Shown one piece after another: positions 1 through 12,530 of a stretch of 64,000 nt of DNA; within the stretch, counting starts at the first letter, position 1; each line of letters starts with the position of its first letter. The notes beneath the pieces were generated by a model. It was not told where the DNA came from. It saw only the letters and a program-made list of their open reading frames with translations, and made no database searches. The stretch covers positions 61,568,001 through 61,632,000 of the forward strand of contig CM052816.1 in the NCBI GenBank assembly GCA_028534125.1, given 5' to 3'. Both the position numbers and the translations under genes were made by a program. The DNA is from Lama glama (lineage: Eukaryota).

Positions 1-199
1 GATTTCAACATCAGGTAATATAGAGGTTTGGAGGTGCATAGGGAATGATTACCACAGAAATCAGGATAGTGGTTCTCAGAAGAGGAAGAATATAATTGTT
101 AAGGCAAATATAAGAGGCAAGGCTTTATTCTGAAAATGTTCTATTTCTTAAGTTGGTAGAGATAACAGTTTTTATTTCCTTCTAATTTTCTTATAGCAG

Positions 200-1600
200 T
201 TTTTGTAAGAATGATTCATACGGCCTCTATTTCTTGAGTTCTTGTTCAAATGATTTTATACTCAGTTTTGGCTGGATGCACAAATCTTCCTAGGCACTAC
301 TTCATGGTATGTTGGTATTAAATATCACCATAGAGAAATCTGAGGTTAATCCAATTGTTTTACTATTACAGGTAATTTGTTCTTTTGCCCTGATTCCCCA
401 GAATATATTTTATTTTTGATGTCCAGTAAGTTTACTAGGATTTGGCTCAGGGTGGATTCATCTGTGTCAGTCTTTCCTAGGACATAGAATAGTTCACATT
501 TCATAAGATTTTAGCAGTTTTTATTTCCTACTACTTTTCTTGTATTTTTTAAACCACTTTACTTTCTGTTTATTATTTTGATTCTTCTCTTTGGGGACAA
601 CAGTGATCCATATATTGGATTCCTTTGATCCTTTTAAACTCCTTGTCCAATTTCATTTTGCTTGCTCTTTTCATTTGTGAGGAATGTTTTTAGCAGTTAC
701 CCTTTTTTTTTCTTTCTTTTGCTACCTGAGCATGGCCTTTCTCCTGTGATGGTTTTATTCCCCCTTGCCTCCACCCTCCAAGGGATTTCCTCACAGTTCA
801 TGTTTTCATCTCTTCCCTGATTACTTGTATCTCTGCACTGAATTCTCATTTTTATAAAGTGATGGTTTCATCAAGTTTGTTCAACTTCATTTTTGTCCAA
901 TTATTATCTTTCCTGTAGCAACATTTTTTCCACTGAGTGCCCCTCATTCTAGTTGTATTTTCCTATTCTTTAAAAAAAAATCATTTAATACATTAATAGA
1001 TGCACCTCTTATTCCTTTTGAATCACATGTCTTTGAATGAGTTTGATTTTTCTAGGTGAACTGCTTGTTAGAAGGTTTATGTTGGGTAGGGGCCAGAACT
1101 ACTTTCTCAGCAGATATTTGTTAGTGATATACAGTATTGTATGTGATTCAAATTCAAATTCTTTAACACTACTGTATCTCTTTAAAAAGTACTGATAAGG
1201 TACAATCTCTCTTTCACCTTTCCTCACTGACAGACTGATTCCTACAAATATGGTTTGTATGGCTCCCCAGTTAGGCCAATCTACTCTTCTTCTGACAATT
1301 ATAATAAGAGTGTATATTTCAACAGTTTTTGCACCCTTACTCTGTAGGAAACTACTGTTGATTTTGTTCCTCAGATTGTTGCACTTAGCTTTGGAGAACA
1401 TGCTTGGCTTGTTTTAGCTTTAGATCAGTTACTGTTGTCCCCTCTGTGTCTTTCTGCATTCCTCTCTGAGTTTTCCGTATTCAGCCATCCTCCCACATAT
1501 ATTATGATATTGTGGTTTATAGTTTTAGAAGTTTCCTACCTTTCAGTAAATATAGATTTTGAATTTCTGTTTCTTATTTTTCTTACTGCTTTTTGGTGAT
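200..1600 (-). mobile_element. Ancient L1M-type LINE remnant (ORF1/5' region)
   Basis: T-rich degenerate sequence with reverse-strand L1 ORF1-like motifs (ttttggctggat..., gagaaatctgaggttaat...caggtaatttgttctttt). Boundaries approximate. Confidence 0.5.
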
Positions 1601-1984
1601 GTCTTAGAGCAAAAAGGGGGAGAACTTTTTACTGAATAACATAGAAATAAGAATATCCTTTAAACTTTTGAGATAGAATCAGAAATACTAAGATATGAGA
1701 AAGGAATCTCTGGTCTTTTACTTGTATCCACTGTGAGGTTCAGTTGAAAATCTTCAACTTACAATTTATCTTCCAGGAAAGAAACAAAACAAAAAGCTTA
1801 CTTTGTTTTAATAGTTATTTATTTTTGAAATTTTGGGCTTCATTTCCTGAAAAATTAAGACTAATTTTGAAGCCTTTAGGATTACTTAGCTTTCCATAAT
1901 TCGGTATGAAATCCTAATCAACTACAAACTTCTCACTGGATTTGAGATTTGATTTTACACTACTTTTAAGCTAACAAGTTAGCC

Positions 1985-2380
1985 TATTACTTTTGCATGG
2001 ATGCTAACAAAAGACATGAGATTCCTGGGTCAGAGACAAAGGACTTCATTAATTCAGCACAGCAAGCAGCATGAGCATCAGCATATTTATTTTGGTTCCT
2101 TTTGGCCCCAAATCTCATGTAGGCAATACAATACGGTTTGGATAAATGCCACACATGCAGTGGGTTTGCATCAAAGCTGAGAAACACTGAGCTTGGGCAA
2201 TCTACTACTTTCATAGCAAGTAGTAAGTAAATCTGCTCTTGTCCAGGAGGAGATGTTACCTCATTTCTCAGAGTTATCTGGAGGAATGGCCTGGGTTAAC
2301 AGCAGAGCTTGCAGGACTTGGCATGCTCAGCAAAACGTGGGGAAATCACAAGAGGCCTAAGGAAGACTGTCTCTCCCAAT
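1985..2380 (-). mobile_element. Degenerate solo LTR (ERVL-like)
   Basis: GC-richer block containing cctgggtcagagacaaaggacttcatta..., a motif typical of old eutherian LTRs read on the reverse strand. Subfamily not determined. Confidence 0.45.
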
Positions 2381-2879
2381 CTCCCTCTCTCTCTTAAGTC
2401 CTCCACAAGTGAGAATCATTACCTGATCTGAAATGTTTTCTTAAATACATAAAACGAACCATGGAAGTATTCTCTTGTTACCACTGTTCACTTATCAGGG
2501 TGGACCCCAGGTTTACCAAACTCTCTTTTATTCTTTTTTTTTTAATTATTATTTTTGAAACTCAAGAGTAGAGACTTAGGAGTTTATATTACATTTAGCA
2601 TCTATCTATTTATGTATCTATCAGACATCTTTATCTTCATCTATCTATCCATCCTTTGTTCTTGGTGCAACGTCACTATCAGTCCCAGCAAGGAACCTTC
2701 TTGTTTAACATGTGTGTGTGTATATATTTTATTTTTTCATTTATTTAATTTCTATATTCCCATTCCCTACTTCCATGTCTTCCCTCCCAGATAGTTCATT
2801 TAATAAATATGATATTTATATTTGAATTCATATGTATCCTTGCAAAAAATTGCAGGTTGTTTGTATATATATGTGTTTA

Positions 2880-3830
2880 TTTGTTCACTTTTTAAGTTTT
2901 GAGACTTACGGAAAATTTGGCATAGTAGACAGATTTCCTATGTGCACTTGACTCAGATTAAAAAATTGTTACTATTTTGCAACATTTCTTTGTCTCTTTT
3001 AGTATGTGTACATGTATTTTTTTCCTGAACTATTTGAAATTTGTAGACATACCTCTTATCCCTTATTTTCAGCATCTGTTTCCTAAGAAGAGAAGATAAT
3101 CTCTTACATAACCTCGGTACTATTATCAAATTAGAAAATTTAACATTGATATACTACTATTATCCAATATACAGGCCATCTTTACATTTCCTAAGTTGTC
3201 CTAGCAATGTTCTTTTTAACCTCCCTCCCCCTCAATTCCAGTTCCCATTGTATTTGGTTATAGCCCTTCAGTCTTTAATCTGGAACAATTCCTTGGCCTT
3301 TCTTTGTTGTTAATGTGTATGTAATTTTTGTTTACATGTGTGATCTACTGCTATAAATCTTGTTCCTTTTCTTAATTTTTTGTTCACAGTTTTTAAGATC
3401 TAACTGTATTTATACATGGACATACATCTTGTCTGCTGCTTCCAACTTCTGCTTAGTATTTCATAATAACACATCTGCCAAAGTTTTCTTACCTATTCCC
3501 CGGTGTCAAACACCTAGATTGTCTTCAACTCTTTGCTATCATAAACAATCCTGTCATGAACATCCCCATACATGTTCCCTCTGGGAATGTTACTGGGATA
3601 TCTCTCCAAGAATAGGATTGCTGGGTCATGGTGTATCTCCCATTTAATTTAACCAAATACTGCTGAATTGTGCTCTGAAACAGCTGCCTGACCACACTAG
3701 AACTGTTGTGTACTAAGATTACAGTTTCTCTACACCACTGCCAACACCTAGTCTTAGGTAGCATTGTAATTTTTCAGTATGATGGTTTTAAAGTGGACTC
3801 TTGTTTATTTTCTCTGACCACTAGTAAGTT
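2880..3830 (-). mobile_element. Old L1 (L1MC/ME-like) 3' fragments
   Basis: Reverse-strand L1 3' motifs: tttaacattgatatactactattatccaatatacag, and aataggattgctgggtcatgg...aaatactgc...ccactgccaacac. Confidence 0.6.
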
Positions 3831-4189
3831 TCACTTTTTTTGCCAAACTCTTCACTGATTGAGTTATCTGAGGAAGGAACTTATCTTTAAAATATATGTA
3901 TATATATACTCCAACCTAGTTGGCCTACTATAGGGATCTTTTGAAGCTGATGTCGTGAATGGTAGTTGTAAACTCCCATTTCACTATGTGTTACTGTCAG
4001 TGAACTAATTGACATTGGTTAGGTTATTTCTTGGATTTCTTATGTTTTATATATAAGCTGCAAATGTATACATTCTTTTAGACAGCTGAAACCTAAATCC
4101 TTATGACAGCTATCTGCATCTGACACCTAAACTATAAAGATTACAAGTATAAATAGAATTTAAGATTTCCTCCTTCAAATACTTGAGTT

Positions 4190-5380
4190 CATTAGTTTTC
4201 AAATCTTTTCTCTCATGTACTTCTGAAAGAATTTTTAAAAACTATATACCCTATTATTTATTTTCCAGTTGAGGTCCAAAATTTTTTATCTTATGCCTAA
4301 GTAATTTCAAAGGCTGGAACTTTGCAAAAGTTTGTATGTAAATAAAAACCTCCTTTAAGTATGCCTGAGCAAATCTAATTGCCATAGCAATTTGGTAACT
4401 GTCATCATGCATTTAAAAATTACACAAACAGGTTCTTCTTTTATAGTTAAAATTTACATCTTTTTCCTCCTTCTTTAATTCAATATGTATGTACCTCTTT
4501 CCCTCCAAGAATATTAATCTTAATGTATATTTTAATATTTCTTAATATATTTTAAATGTTTTATGCTTAAAATTATTTTAATTATATCAAATATCACTAT
4601 AACAAAAATATTTAAATTGCAGTTGCATTTTTAAAATTTCCTGTGATCATAAAAAATTTTTTTTCTGGATCATATGTTCATTACATTATAATCATTAGTT
4701 AATGAATGATCAGAAGAGCATGTAATATTACAAATTTTAATACACAATTAAAGTTTTTGTTAGAACATGTATATTTAGATGTATGTTTTCAATTTTTGCA
4801 GTTATCTCTGTATTGCTAGAATGAGGCAGAATTTTAGCACCAATTTGATTTATTTTGTTCCTATAGATGTGAATGCTAAGAAAATTTATTCACATAAATA
4901 AATAGATAGATGGAAGAAGTTTATTATAGAAATATCGCTCAGTTCTTTGAACTCCTTTTGAATTATTTGTCCAAATATAACCATTATGATCTTCCATCAG
5001 AATTTTTAACAACTTATTGGTTATTAATTTGACTATGCCCTCTTGTAAACTTGGTGAAAGCAAGAAACTACATTTGTTATTCAATCATTAAAGCCATTCT
5101 TTTTCTCATCCTGACTCCAAATGTTTCCAATTGCTTTTTTCCTTAACACCCATATTCTTATATCCCAAGGCAATGAACTATTATAAAATTATGGATGGGG
5201 GAAAAATAAGTTTTTCTTTTGTAAGATGGGAGAAATATGATTTCAAAAAGAAAAGCTTTTCTTTTTTTAGAAAAGAATACATAAGGAAGTTGAGGATCTC
5301 AAAAATGATTTTCTTAAAGCCATCTGTGCCTGCGTACACCTATCTTAACATGCCTCAGGGATATGTATGAGACCGCTGAT
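4190..5380. mobile_element. Possible ancient hAT-Charlie-like DNA transposon remnant
   Basis: Right end ...gtatgagaccgctg and left ttttcaaatctttt...tctgaaagaatttt resemble Charlie termini. The interior is highly degenerate. Confidence 0.3.
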
Positions 5381-5719
5381 AAAAGGAAATAATATTCTTA
5401 AAACTATCATCATTTGAAAAGAATCATAGCAGTATTCATACAGTAACATTAACTTTTGAGAGAAATATAGAATATTGTTTATTGAATTATAAATTTACAG
5501 TAAGGAGCTTTTTCTGTAAATATGTAGCTGATTGTTTTGACAGAATATGGGTCTAATTCAGCAAACAGTGAACTCCACCACTGTGTTCCTAGAAGACCCT
5601 TCAGAGATGTTGATTTTAGTATGTTTATGTCAAACAGGAGAAGACTTAAGTATTGATGTTCTTGGGAAGTTATTTGGTATTTTAATCTAGGAGGTCTCAT
5701 ATACTTCTCTTCCTTTGCT

Positions 5720-6230
5720 TATATTAGTTCCCACACCTGAATTACTAGTTCCTTCTCCCTGCTCCCCATATATGGATATATCATGTATCTTTTTTATAGC
5801 TCTTTAGTATTGTATTTATGAAGGCCAATTCATTCAGTTTCCTGAACATGTCTCAAATCTAATCCCACTTCTCTATCTAGTGTCCTAGTCCAGACTTACA
5901 TCATTTCACAATTGGTTATCATCTTCTATCTGTGCTCCCTGGCTCCATTCTCTTTCCACTCCAGTGTCTCCAACACAGAATTACTATAATGACCTGTCTA
6001 AAATACAGATCAGTTCCATGTAAGTCAGGTACTCTTACTCTTGCTGAAAAATCATCGAAGTCTGTACACTGCCAAAAGTATTAGTATTTATTTGCATTTA
6101 TTATCTTGTACTTATCTGTTCTCAACTATCCTTCCAAATTTTCCTCCAGCAACTATCCTTATCTATTTTATCCTCATGTCACATAAATTACTTATTTCTC
6201 TGAGCACCTATCATGGTGCATTTATTAGAA
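5720..6230 (+). mobile_element. L2 LINE fragment
   Basis: Pyrimidine-rich L2-like sequence (tctcaaatctaatcccacttctcta...tagtccagac...tctaaaatacagatcag). Confidence 0.5.
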
Positions 6231-6669
6231 TGACACAGTGGAGACAATAGTGATGTTTTTAAAGTGATTTTCAACCTAAACTTTGGCTTCTTGTGAAGGA
6301 AAGCTATAATTTATTCATATGCAGTAGGTGTATCCTTTACAGAAAAATTTTGTAATTTGTCATTGAGATATGTTTTCAGATCACATTGATAGTACTAAGC
6401 ACAGCTACAGGACACAGGAAAAAAATTACAAAGAAAAGCTTTGAAAAACCAAGGGAGACTGTGGTAGAGAAAGGGATTGTGTGATACATAATTCTTAAAT
6501 GTATCAAGATTTTTTTCAAAAGGTGTTTTGTAAAACATATATACACACAAACATAAATTACATATGTATTTAATTCTTCTTTACCCATATTAATAAAAGA
6601 ACTGTGTTTGCCCTTTAACTTAGAACTCTGTGAATCGTAACTATCTTTTCATTATTCCCTTTTGGAGTC

Positions 6670-6910
6670 AGCATAGGGAGGTAGCTTGAACTCTAGCATG
6701 TTAAAGGTAGATTCTACTAAGAATTTCAGCACTTACTAGCTATATCATCTTGGACAGGTCAATTGTCTTTACTAAATCCCAGTTTTTCTCATCTGTAAGT
6801 TGAGAATTAATGTGAATCCCCTGTCTGTTCAAGGAGAGATTGTATCATATGAGATAATATGTGAGAGTATATGATACATTTAAAGAGAGTTAGAAATATA
6901 TTGCATCATT
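6670..6910 (+). mobile_element. MIR SINE
   Basis: MIR core: cacttactagctat...cttggacaggtc...cagtttttctcatctgtaagttgagaatta. Confidence 0.7.
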
Positions 6911-7101
6911 AAATTATTCCTTAGTCTCTTTAACTTTAATCCTATATTTCCTTAGAGGATCTGGTCCATCCTGATGGAAGCCATATGTTGATAAGGCTAA
7001 TAAATGATCAAATAAGAAAATAAAGGATGTATTGAGGGTTTATTTGTTTTACTTTTTTCTAATTTTTTTCTTTTATGTTTCTTATGTTTATTCCTTGTTA
7101 A

Positions 7102-7254
<153 letters not shown>

Positions 7255-7889
7255 TAAGTAATCTCTGGAGAGTGATGATGAATTGCTCCAGAAGCAAGCC
7301 ACTGATAGAAGCCTAGTATGTAGTGCTTTAAACTTTGCATAATGAGTAAGTTTTATAGGGCCCAGTGATATTTCAGGCTGTTCCCAAAATACTTTAATAT
7401 ATCATTGTGGCAAAGGTTTTCCTTCATACTCAAACAGAACACAAACTTAACAGATTAGAGGAACTGGAGCTAGGTTATAAGAGGGGTTGATGATGTGAGT
7501 GTTAGAAATGTTCAATAAATGGGAAGCAATGTCATAAGAATTTAGATTTACATAATTTAATAAATAGAGCATAAGCCAAACTTTAATTCAGTGATTGCAT
7601 ATTTCATTTTGTTGTTAAAAAACTGAGTTCTATAGGAAGGCCAAAGTATCTAATAGTAACAAACAACAACAACAAAAAAATCAAACACCCAGGAAATGAA
7701 CATGAGAAAATGAAAATTTGTCTTTGAAAATTTATTAAGTGACTAATCTTTTCTACAGTTTGGGAACTTCTTTGCTGGTCCCATAATCTATATTCCAAGC
7801 ATCTGGTTGTTTAAATATGAAGAATATAAATTAGCTCAGATATAACTATGTTTAGGAAAGCAGATGTTCTTCCACTTCTCACCTGCATA

Positions 7890-8115
7890 GCATAGGGCTT
7901 CAGGATTGAACTTCAGAAACTGATCGACTTATGTCACACTTTCTAACTGTGTGACATATAACTTTACCTTTCTAATCATCAGTGACTCCATTTGTTAAAT
8001 GAGTTTAGGTAATAATACACACATTATCTGGTTGTTATATAACTAATTATGTGTAATGCTATAATTTATAAAAAACACTTAATAGACATTTCATTAAATG
8101 GTAAATATTATTATT
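7890..8115 (+). mobile_element. MIR SINE (degenerate)
   Basis: ctaactgtgtgac...tcagtgactccatttgttaaatgag...cacttaatagacatttcattaaatggta. Confidence 0.55.
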
Positions 8116-9986
8116 TTAAATAGTATCAAGGTTTCAAGCTTTATTACTCTATCATTACCTTCAGCTGTTTTGTGCCATTTTTTTCTTGGGGAGAAGAGAT
8201 GAAATACTCTGTGAAAAAGTGAGTTATATATAAACAGGTGAGCAACAGAAGTTCTCTTTAAAAATTGTCTTTGTTCAAGTTCACCTTAACATGATTGTAA
8301 TGTAAAATTTTAAAAATTCAGATAGGTTATATAGTATAACATTATTCACTAAAATTCTGGTTTATATCTGCTAATAGCCAGATCGTATTCTGAAAACTTA
8401 TAATTACATATTTTTAAAAGCCCCAAGCAAGAGATTTTAAATTACCTAGCACAAATGCTTTGCTCAAAGATCAAAAGATAAATGTTTAAAATGGGCTCGT
8501 TTGAATTAATTACTGTATTAGTGAAACTGAAGGAATTTGAAATTTATTTTAGGATGTAACTCTTCTGAATAACCATACTATAACCAACAACTTTTGATCT
8601 TAGTAATAGATAAATTATAACACTGTACTTGATTAGTGCCAAAACTGAGTGAAGGGCTGTTAAGATAGATAGACCGCAGAGAATTTGTTTGACATCTTTT
8701 GGTAGTTTTTAACACAAAGCACTAGCAATATCATTTTCTAATATGTTTTTAACATGATCATATTACTTAAATTTTAAACATTGTTGAAGATCTGCTCTCC
8801 CCAGAAGTCAAGCCAGATCTGGAATTTCTCCCTTGACTTGGCTCATGTTTTTATAATGGAATCTTAGTGTCCATCATATGCATGCTCAGTACTTCTGCGC
8901 ATTTTCAAAGGCTTTCCTCCTTTTTTTTTTTTTTTCCAAGTACCATTTCTCTCTCCTCTGTCCTATTTGTTAGGACTGTCTCTGTATACTGTGTACTAGG
9001 ACAAACTGTGATCTCTTGCCAGACCCTGCCTAGTTGAAACAGTATTATTAAGACCATTAAAACACTCCAAAGGGGAATCCCTAAATTGCTGATAAAATAC
9101 AGTTAAGAAATCACCACTGGTTTGGTGAGAGATGTAAAATTATTACTAGTTGCAATAAACTGTTCCGTTGAATTAATTGAAAGAATTAATCCAAAAAGCA
9201 TTATGTAAGCCTTATTGCCTCTTTGCATTTTCTACGTGTAAGCATGATTAGTGTTGACAGGGTTCTAATGGGCTTATTTATCCGGTATTTTATCAAAATG
9301 TTTCTCTTGTGTGTCCTCCTGGGAATGCTCATAAAGTTAAAACAATTAGTAAAAGATAGATGTGAAAGACAATGGGTAGAGATTTGGGAGAAGATTGGGT
9401 ATTTTTCCCCCCTCTCTAATAGAAAACTAAACAACTTTGATTATAATCTGACCAAGCAATAAAAGTTTTTTAAACACAAGGCCCTTTAAAAAGGTCAGTT
9501 CACTGGAGCACAAAGACATAAGAGTAATTTTCTTGTATTTCTTTGTTCCTTTTTCTTAATGCAGTGGACTTAATTGCTTTAACAGCTATGTGTGATATTT
9601 TTAAAAACCCTGTGATATTTTGATCAGGATTGAGGTTACATTTATGTTTTATAGTTGGCTCAAAAAGACTCATAACATTTTATTCTAGTTTCTCTTCTCA
9701 AGAAAAAAGAAATCTTGAAAGATTAATTGTTTAGGAACTGCAGCCCAGCCAACAAAATGCATACTTTTCTCTACTTAGTGACTGTATACGCCAAAGATGA
9801 TGGTGGATTTTAACAATGAGTTTCCTATGATTTATAGAGATTCACTATTCACTATGTTCAACTGAAAACAATTCCATGGCCTTTAAATGCCAATAGAGTA
9901 AAAAGTCTCTCATGTCATTCTGAAACACTAGGTGCTATTGATCAGTCAGGAGATGGTGTTTACCAACTCCCAATATTTTTTTTCAG

Positions 9987-10122
9987 ATTTCTTAAACTCG
10001 GTGATTCAATAAGTGGTTCATGAATCGCCCCGAAGCCGTCCTGATTAAATAATAAAGAACCCATTTCCGTTTAAATGGACGTGTTATGCCAGCTTCTGAT
10101 GTTTTCGACGACGGCTTTGCAG
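9987..10122 (+). other. ADAMTS6: Candidate alternative (poison cassette or terminal) exon of ADAMTS6 with in-frame stop
   Basis: Strong acceptor atattttttttcag| and possible donor cag|gtagtg. Splicing from 7253 gives (E)FLKLGDSISGS* with TGA at 10021-10023. AATAAA at 10051-10056. Local CpG enrichment in non-repeat sequence. Confidence 0.55.
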
Positions 10123-12029
10123 GTAGTGTCCTTCCTATCTGCCTGCGGGACTTACTTATTTATTATTTATTTATTTAGAAATTATAGAAAGATGAACCTG
10201 GTATGATGGCTCACACTCACTGATGTCTATGGGCTAATTTACCAGGCAGTGGAAGGCAGCCAGAAGTAATGTAGGCCAGTTTTTCATACATTTTCCACCA
10301 CTTAGTGGTAGTACAGAGTAATTTCATATAGTCTTCAAAAATTCTGGGGCCTCTGTGAATCAACTCTTGTTCTATTTAAATTAAAGTCTGTTAAATTGTT
10401 TGAACTGTCAGAGATCTATAGCAAAATTTCCTGCAGTTCCAAATTAAATACAGATTAGCTATTTTCACAGATAGAATGGATGCTAAAAAGAGACAGTTAT
10501 AGTTGATGATGAACTAGGAAGAAAGGTGAGCGTAGAATTCAAAAGAAGTGATAAAAGATGAACAGGATTACCAAGACACTAACAGATCCTCTGTAGCAAT
10601 TACCTTTGAAGATCAATATCGATAATCTATTAGAAAACATTTTATAGATGAGGTTGCCTTTTTTATGGGGAACCCAAGAAACAGCTTAGCAGAACAGATT
10701 TCTCCTCCTTCTATTATGTGATATGTTTTGGGGACTTCACTCTAACCATAAATATTTTTGGTAGGTTGTAATTACATATGGAGAAAAAGAGCATAACTTA
10801 GTAAACATTATCAGTATAGTGTTTGTGTATTGAAAGCCTCAAGTTGAATTGTATTCAGGTACACAGAGGGCAAGAGAGAAAGGTCTGACTTAGAATGACT
10901 CATTTTAGAAGGTAATATATTATTAGTTTTGTAAAGATTGATGGAGCAGTTTATGAGAATGTAGACACTTGATTTGCCATAGATAATACAACATAGTTCA
11001 TTTTTACTTAATTTAGATATATTAGCACAATTTTGTGGGAAAAAGTAGGAGATAGTATTATCTATTAACTTTTTGTTGTTGTTGTTAAGAGACTGTTAAG
11101 ATATGTACAAGGTTATATAGAAAGATTTATTTCTTAAATTGACCTACTGTGTTGTAGACTAAAAGTCTGTACTTTATAGTATAATTGTTTAAGTGAAAAA
11201 TAAATCTTAAATTACAATTAGGAGTACATCTGTATGTATTCTGGAAACAAAGCCAAGAGAGCATATTTTACATAGAGATCTGTAAATTTTAGTTGAAGAC
11301 TCAATTCTGGCGCATGTTCCTATTTTCAAGGCTAATTTTTGAGCTATGTAAATAAGAATTTTCTAAATTAGAAGTAGAATACATAAAATATGACTTTGCT
11401 ATCATGCTGCAAAGATTTCTGGAAATGTAAATATACTTTGATTTACTAAGAATATAATCGAGGGAAACACATATTCTTAAACTAATATACATCTTTTTGC
11501 CTTGTCTTAGAAGTGTAAACAAAAGTAGAGTGTATTAATTCAGTAATTATCTATATTGCTGTAGGTATTAACTAGGATTGGGCTTTTAGTTGTGAAACAT
11601 ATGCTGCCAAGGAAATAATCATACTTCCGCTTTTTGTATATACAGTTTTCCACAGGACAAGTATATCTATGCCTAACAATAGTAAGTTGTAATAGCATCT
11701 CATAGATGGAAACTACAGTGTTTCTCATTTCATTTATTAATGAGTGAGGTTTATGATTTCTGAGTGAAAAAATTCACATATTATACAAACCAGCTATGCT
11801 TAAAAGTGGCATTTAATGAGAAAATTCAAGAAGACCTATATATAATATTACCCCAATTATTTTTAAAATAGTAGCATAAATAACACTAGGCTCAGCATCA
11901 TAAGAATTGTATACTTATATTGATTGACTAGAAACCTAGATTAAATAAAAATTACCCATAGATTCCATTTTGTTAAAAGAAAACAATTGTAAAATAAAAG
12001 ACAATACCTTATATCTAATATTTTTGAGA

Positions 12030-12530
12030 AAAGAAAAGCATTTGTACCAGAAGACTATACAAAAATGTTTATATCAGCATAATTTGCAATTTCCAGAAAT
12101 TAGAAATAATTTGCATGTTCATTAATAGAAGAATGAATAAATAACTGTGGCACAGTCTTAAATGGAATATCAAAGGACAGTATAAATAAACAGCTAACAG
12201 TTATTCTCATTAACATGGGTATATCTCACACTCATAGTAGTGAGCAAAATAATGTCAAAAAAAAAAAAAACCTTTCAGCATGTCTCCTTTATATAGAGTC
12301 CAAAAACAAGCAGATAATTACTAAGAAGACCAAGGGAATTATTATTTAAAAAATCATAATATTAGTTACTTCTTGAAGAGATAGAAAGGGATGTGATTGG
12401 GGTATGCACTTAGAAATTTTCTAAGGGGAAAAAAACAAAGAAAAGCACTTCGAGGGTTAAATATATATTTCTTGGATTCATGTCCTCAACCTTCTATACG
12501 TATATCTGTGATATTTCATAATGGTAAATA
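12030..12530 (+). mobile_element. Old L1 (L1ME-like) 3' end
   Basis: aaaaatgtttatatcagcataatttgcaat...aatagaagaatgaataaataactgtgg...acatgggtatatctcaca. Confidence 0.6.

Noticed and set aside
10018..10046. SECIS element or C/D-box snoRNA in the structured block (ATGA...AA...TGAT, CTGA motifs)
   Set aside because: Spacing is too short for a SECIS helix II and apical loop, and there is no good RTGATGA C box with a terminal stem.
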